Part shown: positions 42,747 through 53,138 of the stretch, piece by piece
Numbering within the stretch: position 1 is the stretch's first letter
How the letters are laid out: the number at the start of each line of letters is the position of its first letter
Assembly (NCBI GenBank): GCA_963749155.1
Contig: CAVVLO010000002.1
Location: 544,001 to 608,000 of the forward strand
Length of the DNA stretch: 64,000 bases
Reading direction: 5' to 3'
Origin: an uncultured Armatimonadia bacterium
GTDB lineage: Bacteria > Armatimonadota > Zipacnadia > CAVVLO01
Program-made: the position numbers and the translations under genes
The notes under the pieces: generated by a model
Database searches by the model: none
The model's input: only the letters and a program-made list of their open reading frames with translations
Told to the model about the DNA's origin: nothing

Positions 42747-45398
42747 CTAGTCCGACACTGTGATTTCGTCAATATAACCACTTATATGCTGGCCCTCATG
42801 GGGAGCAGTCCAGCAGCCAATCGCGAGTTCGATTTTGTCAATTTCGAGACTCTCGCTAGTTCCCTCGCCGAAGAGTTCATCCAGATCGCGCATCGGCTGG
42901 GCTACAAGCTCGTGCCAGACACCGGTCTCCGAAGGTTGTTTCAAGCTCGCGGCGTAGAAACCGAGGGTCTCGTCGGGCGTAGCCTTGATATAGTCCCAGG
43001 AATCGCCGCCCCAGTAGTACACCAGCAGATAGCGCCTCAGGCCTTCCTTGTCATAACCGCTGAGCATCAGTCGGGCATTGGCGGTGGTTGAGTATTCCTC
43101 CAGGAAATACCTGAGGCCAACTGTTGGTGACTTGCCTTTGAGGCGCAACTCCTGTCCAAGGCCAAAGGTGTGATCGCCCGCAACGAGACTCCTGTCGGTC
43201 GCAAAGTGGAGGGCCCAGGCGCCTGGTTCGGTCACCTCGGCCTGCTGCACTTCGAGCGCGACATTAGCAAGCGCCAGTTGTCGCCATCCCTTCAAGGTGC
43301 CTGTCTCGAAGCCACCCTTTTCGAGTTTTGTGGCCGGTTCGAGCCCCGGTTCGATTTCCTGTTGCCGCAACCAGCCAAGGGCTTGCTCAGCCGCGGCCAG
43401 AGAAGCTTCCCAGGTGTTGCTCGCTTCGACCTCTGGCAGCGGATTACGTACCCAGGCCTGTTCGATACGCACATAGTTTGCAAGCAAGGCCTGCGCGTCA
43501 ATTGTGTATTGCTTCCTTTCGAGTCGAGAGCGCAGGTGACCGATATAGGCTTTCACTCGGGGCAGATAATAATTCTGGTTCAGTTCGAGCATATCCCGGT
43601 GACTGTAATCACTCGAATAAAGCGTAAAGGCGACGTCCTTGAGGTAGCGCTCGCATTCGGTCAAATCGGCTTCGGTGACGCCTGGGATCGACCTGATAGA
43701 GTCCATAATTGGGCCGATCTGGTATTCCTTGCAGGTCGCAAGCAGCCTTAACAGGTGGTTCATTGTGCGCAAGAGATTGGAAGCCGATGCGTCAAAAGCC
43801 TGGCGATCGTCAGCGGTGAAGGCTCGGTATAAAGCCACAGACTCATGATTGAAGAGTTCAGCCAGGCTTTGTTTGGCGACATCAACTACATCTCGCGCAT
43901 AAAGCAGATTGCCTTGCTGGCGCCCTTGCTCGCTCAACATCAGCGCAAGCGCGTCGCGTAAAGGCGGTAGATATTTGAAGCGCTCATCGTTCAGGACCAG
44001 AGGTACTCCCATCCGCGTCTGGTAGAAGCCAGGGGTGAGGTCATTGGTGCCGTAGACGCTTGCAGCAAGCAAGCCAAGCGCGCGTTTCATTACAGGGGCA
44101 GACTCCGACCCATAACGCCTCAGGCTGTAGTCGGCAAGATAGTCATCCAAATCAAATCCGCGTGGATCCCACGCAAGGCGGGCGGCCAGGTCAAAGTAGA
44201 GTTCGTTGTAGCGGATGATCTCTGGATTGATATACAGGCCAAGGCCTTTTGACGCTTTGGGATCGCTTTCAACAGCCTGAACTCGCTTGACCAATCCGTC
44301 CAGATGCCCGTGCAGGTGCGCATTGCCGCCGAAAGAGTGGAGGATGCCAAAAGTCCACGACTTGCCCCCAAAATAATCGTATTGCTTGTAGATTGGGTGA
44401 CCCTCTCCCCAGCAGTCGGAGATATAGAAATCGTCCGAGCCGATTGAATCGAAGAAAGTTTTGGCTGTCTCGACGCGCCAGCCAGGATTGAAGAGAGCCC
44501 AACCACTAGCGAACCAGACAGCCTGAGAATCCTTGGCCTTATAGTCAGCCATAGTCTTGCGCGCGAATTCGGCCATTATCCGGTCTTCCTCAGCCGGATC
44601 GTTGCTGACGCGCTGTTCGGGCCAGGGATCGGTGTTGTAGACGTGGTCGACGCCCAGTAACTCTAGCCCAAGCTGGTGAGCATAATCTATCACTTTCGCT
44701 CTGCACTCGACCTCATACTTGTGGAGGCCACTCTGGGCCACATCCCAGGAGACATTGGGCGGAGGCGCATCGGGATTGGCAAGAGGCCACATCAGGCGGT
44801 TTTGCCTGTGCCAGGCGGCCCATTCGAGTTCCCTTGCCTGTTCGTCCCAGGGCCAGAAGAACATCCAGTTGTAAGCGAAGGCGCAACCCTGGTTATACTG
44901 ACGCAGAGGCCAGCGAGGCTTCTCCACTACATCGAGTTCGGGGAAACCGAGCGATTTGTGTTTCGGCACCTTGACCCCGTCCCAGAAGAAGCCGATGTGC
45001 CAGATATCCGACAGCAGGTGGTAGACGGCGTAGAGGGTTCCGCGATCGCTTCCCCCGACCAGCAGTAAATCGGTGTTATTAGAATTTGACAGAGTCTTGA
45101 GCGCATAGCCATCTGGCCCCAAGACTTCGGCATCGAAACCGGCGAGCAGGAGATTGGAGTCAGGAGTACCGATTATGATCCGGTTGCCCGAGGTCTTGCC
45201 TGTAACGGTCGCGAGCTCTGCGCCAGTCATCAGCTTGATGTACCGGACGAGTTCGCTCGCGGCTTTTTGTTCGACTGAGGAGGCTTTCGGGCCGATAACC
45301 ACAACCGCTGCAGGTTTACCTTTCTCAACCAGGTTAGCTGCATCACAACAGGCACCTGAGACAAGGACTACTAACAAAAGCCAGATGGACTTGCTCAT
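42747..45398 (-). CDS. Secreted GH89 alpha-N-acetylglucosaminidase-like protein with extra N- and C-terminal domains
   Basis: YNQGCAFAY..W.W....RELEWAA, DHVYNTDPWPE, LHSFGGNAHLHG, GLYINPEIIRYNELYFDL, YARDVVDVAKQ, YYLPR; RBS AAGGAGG. Confidence 0.75.
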   Translation of the reverse strand: MSKSIWLLLVVLVSGACCDAANLVEKGKPAAVVVIGPKASSVEQKAASELVRYIKLMTGAELATVTGKTSGNRIIIGTPDSNLLLAGFDAEVLGPDGYALKTLSNSNNTDLLLVGGSDRGTLYAVYHLLSDIWHIGFFWDGVKVPKHKSLGFPELDVVEKPRWPLRQYNQGCAFAYNWMFFWPWDEQARELEWAAWHRQNRLMWPLANPDAPPPNVSWDVAQSGLHKYEVECRAKVIDYAHQLGLELLGVDHVYNTDPWPEQRVSNDPAEEDRIMAEFARKTMADYKAKDSQAVWFASGWALFNPGWRVETAKTFFDSIGSDDFYISDCWGEGHPIYKQYDYFGGKSWTFGILHSFGGNAHLHGHLDGLVKRVQAVESDPKASKGLGLYINPEIIRYNELYFDLAARLAWDPRGFDLDDYLADYSLRRYGSESAPVMKRALGLLAASVYGTNDLTPGFYQTRMGVPLVLNDERFKYLPPLRDALALMLSEQGRQQGNLLYARDVVDVAKQSLAELFNHESVALYRAFTADDRQAFDASASNLLRTMNHLLRLLATCKEYQIGPIMDSIRSIPGVTEADLTECERYLKDVAFTLYSSDYSHRDMLELNQNYYLPRVKAYIGHLRSRLERKQYTIDAQALLANYVRIEQAWVRNPLPEVEASNTWEASLAAAEQALGWLRQQEIEPGLEPATKLEKGGFETGTLKGWRQLALANVALEVQQAEVTEPGAWALHFATDRSLVAGDHTFGLGQELRLKGKSPTVGLRYFLEEYSTTANARLMLSGYDKEGLRRYLLVYYWGGDSWDYIKATPDETLGFYAASLKQPSETGVWHELVAQPMRDLDELFGEGTSESLEIDKIELAIGCWTAPHEGQHISGYIDEITVSD

Positions 45399-45481
45399 TG
45401 TATCCTCCTTCGGTTGTGCTACTGCTTTGCCCTCGCCAGGGCAAGCCCCTGCTTGATCGCTTTCAGCCTGCCGCACAGGCC

Positions 45482-45507
45482 GCAGGGGGCTGCCCAAAGG
45501 TGCCGAA
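45482..45507 (+). promoter_or_regulatory. SigH-like promoter GCAGGG-N16-CGAA
   Basis: 53 nt upstream of the 45560 start. Confidence 0.5.
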
Positions 45508-45559
45508 AACCTTTCTTGCTACCTGGTTCTGCTGCTCAAAGCTTTGGAGGTATCTGTAA

Positions 45560-48502
45560 ATGCTACCGCGCGCACTTCTGCTTTTCTCCCTGATCACCTG
45601 CCCACTGCTGAGCGTTAACGCAGACAACCAGGAAGTGCTTGCAAACCGGATAGCGGTGTTCAGCGAACCGCATTTCCCTTTCTATATGAGCGATGCGCGA
45701 ATTACGCCGGCGCGGGTTGCGGACTGGCTTGGTGGCTGCGGCCTCGAGGCAGACCTGCTGAAGGCCTCGGAGCTGGCGGATGCCAATCGCTTCAACGCCC
45801 AACGCTACGACCTGCTTGTTTATGTCTATGGCAACACCTGGCCTCAGATGGCCCGGGAAAACCTGCGCGCCTTCCACGAGGCCGGGGGCTGCCTGCTGCT
45901 CGTTGGAGGCACGCCTTTCTGCCATCCTTGCGCGCCGGAAGGGGCCAGAGACTGGTCCTTTGGAGAAGCGCCTCGGCAGCAACCTCTGCGCGATGAGCAA
46001 GTAGTTCATACTGGGAAAGCCTCGCTCCGCCTAGGTCCGAGCACAGGAGACTGGTATGGCCCCGAGACTCTGCGCGCTTGCGGTCGAGGGCAGGCAAGCT
46101 CTACAGCCTGGGGGCGTGGATGCGCACCTCTGCTGATTTCGTTCCCGATGAGCGCACGCGGCTTTATCTGCGCGCCTGGGATGCAGAAGGACAATTTGTG
46201 GACCAGAGTGGTCCAACTCCGCCTCCGCCAGGCAGCGACTGGACCTGGGTCGAGGCCAGCTTCGAGCCGCCGGCCGGCGTCACCACCGTAGATGCAAGTC
46301 TGCAGATGTGGTGCAAGCAGGGCACCCTGTGGATCGATGATGTGGTGCTTTCCACAGGCCCAAAGTGTGACCCAGCAGCCAATCTCATCGCTAATCCTGG
46401 CTTCGAAGAGCTGCCCGAGGCGCCCACCTGGACCGACCTTGGTCATCGAGATGACTTCGGTCACGACGCGGCGGGGCTGGGCACTGGCGGCTTCCTCTGG
46501 GTCGAGGGAGTGGACGCCCAAGAGTGCCTGCCGGCGGGCCTCGAGGCCGGTCTGGACGTCATCCCCTGGGCCGATCGTATGATGCCCAGTTCGTACTGCT
46601 TGCTCGACCCGAAGTCGCTGCCAGCCGAGGACAAGGCGATCGGCCTAGTTGCAGCCTTACACGGAGGAGAACTGCTTGGTTGGCCTGTTGCGGCTATCCA
46701 GCATGGATGCCCTCAGTTCGCAGGCGCAATTGACGTGCTGTGCGGAGCCAATATGCTGGGTGTTCTGAAACGCGAAGAACAACATCATCTGGTGGTCCGC
46801 AGTGCGTTATGGGTGCTGGAGAAAAGCGGTAGACTTCGTTCTGAGGTAGTCGAAGCTTGCCTTGCTGAACTGGAAGAGGCATCACCCTCGGCTGACCTGA
46901 CGCGCACCCCCGAACCAGTAGAGGAGCCCAAGCCCTTTCCCGGTCTCTTCCCGCGCGCTCCGGCCCCCGCCAGAGAACTGATTATCCAGGATCTGCGCGG
47001 CAAGTCACGGGCAGAACAGTTCCTTGCTACGGTGTTGCAGGGGCTGGTGAATCGCCGCGAACCCCGGCTCTATGCCCAGGTGCCTGTAGCTCACGGCAGC
47101 CCCAGCGCCACCGGCTTCTGGCTGGATAATCTCAAAGAGCGCGGCTATACGACCCGGCCGGCAAGTGATACCAAAACGCTCATCGAAGAATTCAACGACT
47201 GTTGGCAAGGCGCAGTGCTTTATCCGGCAGACTTCTGGACCGACCCCGAGCGCCGTCCCTTTATCAATATACTGATGGCCCTCTGCGCGGTGCGCGACCT
47301 GCTGCCTGTGACACCGGCGCAGAACGAGCAACTTGGGCTGCCCGTGGCTCTTCGATGCCACCGAAGCCTGGGGCTCTGTGCGCGAGGCGACCCTTTGGGC
47401 CCTTGGCGAGTTATGGCCCCAGTGCAACCATCATGTCCTGGCTTACCACCATCCAGACCACATCCCCCTCTGTGATTATCTGGTTGCCTTTCGGATCTTC
47501 CCCATCGCCACTTACAGCACAATGCCCGAGGCGACAGATGACCTCCTCGAGCAATTGCTGCGCGACACCCCACCCAATATCCCTGTAATGGGATGCTGGG
47601 GGCAGTATGGAGAAAAACCTCCGCTCAGTTATGGCGAGGGCGAACTGGTAAACCTTACCTCGGAGTGGGGCAAGGTCTTCGTGGTCAGCGAGTGGGCGGC
47701 TAATCTCTCAGTCCATTCAGGTGTGCCCGTAAAGCCCGAGGAACTGCGCCAGCGGCCCGACCCACCGGTGGACCTCGATCCCGGCAAGGTCTATGTCTGC
47801 CTCGATATCTCCGATGGAGACAACCTCCAGTATGTCTACAACAACTTTTTCGGACCGCAGTGGTGGGGCAACTCGCAGCGGGGCCAGGTCAACCTGGGCT
47901 GGTCTATCGGCCCAGGCGCGGTCGACCTGATGCCCGATGTGATGGCTTACTACTATCGCACAGCCACGCCAGCGGATGGCTTTTTATGCGCGGTCTCGGG
48001 TGCTGGCTATTGTTACCCAGATACCTATGCTTCACGATTTGGTGAGCAGGGAGAGGCAATCTTCGATGGCTTCCTGGACTTGACCCGGGAAATGATGCAG
48101 CGCTCGGACACCCAGGTGTTGAACCCTTTCCGAGGCACAAGAGAACGTTATGAGCGCTATGCGGAGCGCATCCCGGAGCTGGATGGCATCCTGGCCGACT
48201 ATGGTAAAGGGCCGCAGCTTGCATACGCTGAGGCCAACTACACCGTGGATGGCAACCGAGTGCCCGTGTTCCGGGTGCTGGTCTGCCAGGGGGGCCAGGG
48301 CGATGTGGTCACCGAGACGGTCAAGGAACTGCGTCAGGCCACTCCGGACGGCATCCGTCCCGCCTTCCTGCACGTGTTCGCCATCAACTGGTGGAACAAC
48401 CCGACCGGCCTTGCCCAGGTGATGGAGCAACTGGGCGAGGGCTATGTCGCTTGTACGCCAGGTCAGTTTGTTGACCTCTGGCGTCAGGCTCAGGCCAGGT
48501 AG
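45560..48502 (+). CDS. Secreted GxGYxYP-family protein with CBM4/9-like insert (frameshifts at about 46080 and 47350)
   Basis: LQGLVNRREPRLY, ISDGDNLQY, RGQVNLGWSI, SGAGYCYP; CBM-like HTGKASLRL..LWIDDV..NLIANPGFE. Confidence 0.82.
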
Positions 48503-48524
48503 CGTGAGTCGGTATGAGAAGGCT

Positions 48525-49595
48525 TTACTTCACCACCGGCACACTGCGCCAGCCCTGGCCCTGAGTGTATTCACGAGCGGTCAGGCACCAGATAACGAGC
48601 TTCTTACCCACCAGGTTGTCTGCGCGTCGCAGCAAGTTGACCCGGCAAGGCGTCGCGCCCGAACCGCGCACTCCGACCACGTCGAGGGGGAAGCCGAGTG
48701 CGAACGCCAGGTGATCTGCAAGCCCCGCGCCTGTCGCCTGCATATCTCCCCCGCTGTGGAAGATGAGGCAGTGGCTGTCTCCGAGCAGCAACACGGGTGA
48801 CTCGCGCCAATCGGCGGCCGGTTTGTTGCTCCCATCCAGCACGGTCAGCAGGGAAAGGCGTTCCTTGGGCAGTTCCTCATCGCCCAGAAGGCTCCAGAGA
48901 TCGCCTGTCAACTCCAGCTCGGAGGTCTGGATGTGGTAAGTGTGTTTTGGCACGCTGGCGAGCCAGGGGCGGTCCTTTACGGCCTTGGCGATAAGCTCAG
49001 CGACGGCCGAACAGCCCTGACTGGACCAGTGAGAGTCCTGCTTGCACCAGAGCAACTGGTCAGTATGGAGCTGCCGCCAGCGTTGCAGTTCGGGCGTCAG
49101 GTCAAGTACATGCACCCCTTTCGACTTGAGCAACGTGAGGAACTCGGCGTCCCAGAGGTCCACGCGCGGAGGCAAGGGCGGTTGGTCATCCTCCTCGGTC
49201 GCTGGGGCTGGCTGAGGCGCGGGCTGCGCGAGCTGTTCGGGGTAGAGAGCGGCTTTCTCGGGCACGGGCACGAAAAGTAGCTCTACCCCCGCCTGCTTGC
49301 ACTGAGCATTAAAGTCGAGGATGGCCGGCAGCGGGTCGGCGTATTCGGGCTTGGCCTGACTTGCACCGGCAGCGTTTGCGCCCCAGAAGGGGCCGACCGT
49401 GAGCTGACGTAGCTCGGGCATGAAGAACAGCCAGCCACCTTGACCTGGAATGACAGACTCCTCCGCAATCTCGGCGGCCTGGACCAGCGGTTTCACCAAA
49501 TCGAGCCAGGCAGTGACTGAGGCCGGCGGCTCAGCGGCCCAGGCGAAAGACGCCAAGAGGACTACAAGCAATAAACCAATCAAAGTAAGACGCAT
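48525..49595 (-). CDS. AlgJ/AlgX-family SGNH-like O-acetyltransferase (exported)
   Basis: GQGGWLFF, LLFVPVPEK, CKQDSHWS (DxH), VLLLGDSH (GDS), KKLVIW; signal peptide. Confidence 0.85.
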   Translation of the reverse strand: MRLTLIGLLLVVLLASFAWAAEPPASVTAWLDLVKPLVQAAEIAEESVIPGQGGWLFFMPELRQLTVGPFWGANAAGASQAKPEYADPLPAILDFNAQCKQAGVELLFVPVPEKAALYPEQLAQPAPQPAPATEEDDQPPLPPRVDLWDAEFLTLLKSKGVHVLDLTPELQRWRQLHTDQLLWCKQDSHWSSQGCSAVAELIAKAVKDRPWLASVPKHTYHIQTSELELTGDLWSLLGDEELPKERLSLLTVLDGSNKPAADWRESPVLLLGDSHCLIFHSGGDMQATGAGLADHLAFALGFPLDVVGVRGSGATPCRVNLLRRADNLVGKKLVIWCLTAREYTQGQGWRSVPVVK

Positions 49596-49596
49596 C

Positions 49597-50217
49597 TTAG
49601 GGCCTCCCAAAGAAGGTCGGCAGCGTCCAGGTGGCCTCATCGTCCAGCTCAACCCGGTTGTAGCCGCCATACTCGGCTTCAGCCTTGGCCCAGGGCGTGA
49701 GGGTTAGCGTGACCTGCCTGCCTGCTGACCAACTGGCGGCGGCGGTGCGCTGGTTGTCCTTCAGGCCCCAGACGAAGACGAGGGCCTGGTCCCCGTCCAG
49801 CTTGCCGGAGGTCGCTTTGGCTTGTTTGAGCCAGACGCCGATAAGACAGTCCTTGTAGGGAACGGAGCCAGGCTCAGGCGTCTCGCCGATTGCCGCGATG
49901 GTGCCCTGCACGATGAGTCCAGCGGGTTTGGCAGCAGGCCCAGCGACAGGCTCCTTGGCGCTGCTCGGCACCTGCGGCGCAGGTTTGGGCACAGGCTTGG
50001 CCGGCTCGGGCGCGACCTTGGTTGGCTCTGGCTTCACTTCTGGCACGGCAGTATTGGCCGGAGCTGGGGCCGGTGCGATGTCAGGCTGGGCGGGTTCCGG
50101 CTGAGTCACGGTTTCAGGCGGGCCGCTTGAGAGAGGCGCTTCTGGTTGCTTTTGGCCACAGCCAACCAGCAGGCCAGCAGCGATCACCAGCACTAGCATG
50201 AGAAACAAGGCTTTCAT
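49597..50217 (-). CDS. Lipoprotein with Pro/Ala-rich linker and unnamed C-terminal beta domain
   Basis: Lipobox LLVGC; RBS GGAGG before ATG 50217; lies inside the alg-like operon. Confidence 0.75.
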   Translation of the reverse strand: MKALFLMLVLVIAAGLLVGCGQKQPEAPLSSGPPETVTQPEPAQPDIAPAPAPANTAVPEVKPEPTKVAPEPAKPVPKPAPQVPSSAKEPVAGPAAKPAGLIVQGTIAAIGETPEPGSVPYKDCLIGVWLKQAKATSGKLDGDQALVFVWGLKDNQRTAAASWSAGRQVTLTLTPWAKAEAEYGGYNRVELDDEATWTLPTFFGRP

Positions 50218-50243
50218 GTCAGCCACCTCCAGGTGGATTACTC

Positions 50244-51657
50244 TCAGTCTACACTCCCGGCCGGAGCGGGCAAAGTCAGCTTGATGAGTTTCCAGTCACC
50301 CTCGGCCAGTTCGCGCATCGCGAACTCATAGACAACGAGCCGCTTACCGGCCAGGCGGTCAGTGCCACGGGCAAGGTTCCGGGCCAGCTCCTGACGAGCG
50401 CTGTAGGCTCCGCCAGCGTTGATTGCAATCTTGTCCAAGGGGCGGTCGAGGGCAAGCGAGAGCTGCTCCGCAAAGCCGGCGCCAGTGCCCCAACCCATCC
50501 CGCCGAGAGAATAGATGTTACTGAAGCTGTCCCCGAGCAGCAGCACGTCAGCGGTGGGGTCGGGCTGCCAGGGGGCGCCATCGGGGCCGCGAACCTGCTG
50601 GGTGGTGACGATCTCGGGCTGGAAAAGCTGCCTGCCGGGCGGGAACTTCACCATCTCGGCGATGTCTCCGAGGTGTGTGACGGGCATCTGCTGCTGGGTG
50701 TAACCGGCTGGTGGACGCTGCGGAAGCAGCTCTTCCTCCTTGATATGACGGGCCAGAAGGGCAGCAACAGCCCGCATCGTCTCGGGACGCCAGTGGGTAT
50801 CGGTCTTGAGGAATTGCGGTCCCTCGCCATCTCGCTTGCGCTGGGCGATGAAGGCCGAGGGGTCGAACACCTGAAGCCCCTTTGCAGTCATCCGCTCCAG
50901 CCAGTCTTCATAACCTGGGTTGTTGAGCACGGGCCACTCGGCCGTGCGCGCCGAAACCGCCGGCGAAGTATTCGGGCTCGATCATCGGCTTCAGGGGCAG
51001 TGGCACCACCAGCAGCTCGATGCCATCCGCAGCGAGTTGGTCACGGAAGTCGGCCAGGGTCTTCACCGAGTCGGGCTGGCGCGCCTCATGGCGTTTGACC
51101 TGGAACTGCATCCCCTGCCGGCCCTCATCCGCGGTAAAGAAACTTGGCCCGGTCAGATAATCCACGCCCTGGCGGTAATAGAGCCAGCCGTCCTGGCCCA
51201 CATAAGCTTGCTCGTTGCCCAGGCCAAAGGTGCGGGTCAGGGCATACTGCACACGTGGCATCACCCAGCGGGTCAGTACCGAGTTCTCATCCAAAGCGGT
51301 CTCGTAGTCTTTCACCTTGTGCTCGGTCGGCAGCAGGGCGGCGAAATCGCGCCAGCTGCGCACTTTGAGCAACTCGGCGGGGCTGGGCAGCAATTGGAAG
51401 ACCTGCCACGCCTGCGGCAGCAGGCCGACTGAGGACGGCTGGCCGGCCGCGACATCGGCCTGCCGGGTCGCCAGGTTGGCTCTGATATCCACCACGTGTT
51501 GTACCGTCGGTACGCCATAGACAAGCAGCAGGAAGGCGAGCACCAGCACCCAGGCCTGCCGCCGGGTCACGGTGGTGTGTTCAAGCGCAGCCTTGGCCTG
51601 CTGTTCGCGGGTCGGTTCTGCTACATCGTCTTTGGTTGTCCTGGTTTCGTCACTCAT
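50244..51657 (-). CDS. algJ: AlgJ-family SGNH-like O-acetyltransferase, membrane anchored (frameshift near 50940)
   Basis: TM anchor, GQDGWLYY, LLVVPLPLK, LKTDTHW, VLLLGDSFSNIY, RLVVYEFAMRE; immediately downstream of algI. Confidence 0.75.
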
Positions 51658-51663
51658 AGGTCA

Positions 51664-53121
51664 TCAGAATATGAAGTAGATAAAGGGATTGTAGGCCTGC
51701 GTGGCCAGCACAGCGATGGCCAACGCAAGCAAGCCCAGACACAGCGCAACTTTCGGCCAGTTAAGGCGCTGGGTAAATTCCCAAGAGTCGCTCCAGCCCC
51801 AGGTGAGCAGGGCAGCGACGACCATCACGAGTACATAGAAGGGATTGTAGACTAGTCCCGAGACGAGCCAGGCGTTCTCGGTGTGGGGGCCAAAACCCGC
51901 CATCGTCCTCAGATAGCCCCACGCGGCCGGGAGGTCGTTGGCGCGGAAGAAGACCCAGGCAAGCGACACGATAAAAAAAGTGATGGCGGTCTTCAGCACC
52001 TTCGGGAAGCGCTCATAAAGGCTCTGCTTGCCAAGCAGACGCTCAAAGGCCAGCATCCCGCCGTGGATGCTTCCCCAGATAACGAAGTTCCACGCGGCGC
52101 CGTGCCACAGGCCCCCAAGCAGCATCACGAGAAAGAGGTTCACATAGGTGCGGGCGGTGCCCAGCCGGTTGCCACCGAGCGGGATGTAGAGATAATCGCG
52201 CAGCCAGCTTGAGAGCGAGATATGCCACCTGCGCCAGAACTCGGTGATGGACTGTGACTTGTAGGGCGTGTCGAAGTTCTTCGCGAACACGAAGCCCAGC
52301 ATAAGCCCCAGGCCGATGGCCATATCCGAGTAGGCGCTGAAGTCGAAGTAGATCTGAAAGCCATAAGCCAACAGCCCGTACCACGAGTCGTGCGTTGTGA
52401 CCGCGGCAGCGTTGAAGATGGTGTCGGCAACCTTCCCACAAGGGTTGGCGATCAGTATCTTCTTGGCCATCCCAAATCCAAAAAGGGCAACGCCGCGGGC
52501 GAACTTGTCCAGCGTGTAGGTGCGCTGAGCGAGTTGGTCGGCGACCTCCGAGAAGCGGATAATGGGCCCGGCCACGAGCTGGGGGAACATTGAGACATAG
52601 CAGGCGAAGTCAATGAAATTAGCCATCGCCCGGGCATGACCGCGGTAGACATCTATGGAGTAGCTCATCGACTGGAAGGTGTAGAAGCTGATGCCCAGGG
52701 GCAACGTCACGCGGAAGACTGTCTCCCAGGCCAGGCTGTGCAGGCCCAGCAGGTCCATCACCGCGTTGTAGTTGCCAAGGCCGAAGTTAAAATACTTGAA
52801 GAAGCCAAGCAGTGTCAGGTTGGAAACTAGAGAGACGACGAGGGCTAGCTTCTGGCTACGAGTTCGGGTGCCGCCCTCGGGCAGCAGGTGGATAGGCCCA
52901 CGCCAGCCACGCAGGCCATTATGCGCCTGGGCCAGGCCCGCCAAATAGTCTATCAGGGTCGAGGCGAGCATCAGGAAGACGAAATACGGGTTGGCCCAAC
53001 CATAGAAGACATAACTGAACAGCGTGAGCGCCAGGTGCTTGCCGCGGTGGGGCAGCAAGTAGTAGACGGCCAAAGCCGCCGGGAGAAACCAGAACAGAAA
53101 CACCTGAGAGCTGAAAACCAT
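51664..53121 (-). CDS. algI: MBOAT-family O-acyltransferase (AlgI/PatA type)
   Basis: MVFSS..FLFWFLP, LPLGISFYTFQSMSY, FPQLVAGPIIR, QIYFDFSAYSDMAIG, FWRRWHISLSSWLRDYLYIPLGGNR, GLWHGA, YNPFIYF. Confidence 0.93.
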   Translation of the reverse strand: MVFSSQVFLFWFLPAALAVYYLLPHRGKHLALTLFSYVFYGWANPYFVFLMLASTLIDYLAGLAQAHNGLRGWRGPIHLLPEGGTRTRSQKLALVVSLVSNLTLLGFFKYFNFGLGNYNAVMDLLGLHSLAWETVFRVTLPLGISFYTFQSMSYSIDVYRGHARAMANFIDFACYVSMFPQLVAGPIIRFSEVADQLAQRTYTLDKFARGVALFGFGMAKKILIANPCGKVADTIFNAAAVTTHDSWYGLLAYGFQIYFDFSAYSDMAIGLGLMLGFVFAKNFDTPYKSQSITEFWRRWHISLSSWLRDYLYIPLGGNRLGTARTYVNLFLVMLLGGLWHGAAWNFVIWGSIHGGMLAFERLLGKQSLYERFPKVLKTAITFFIVSLAWVFFRANDLPAAWGYLRTMAGFGPHTENAWLVSGLVYNPFYVLVMVVAALLTWGWSDSWEFTQRLNWPKVALCLGLLALAIAVLATQAYNPFIYFIF

Positions 53122-53138
53122 TCTGTGGGCCTTGTTCC

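Noticed and set aside
2061..51657. Calling the split genes pseudogenes or programmed frameshifts
   Set aside because: Breaks are scattered over all gene types, lack a shared slippery motif and have no accompanying nonsense decay; sequencing error is more parsimonious
48525..53121. Alginate biosynthesis locus
   Set aside because: No alg8/alg44/algD/algE/algG equivalents in the window; the acylated substrate is unknown
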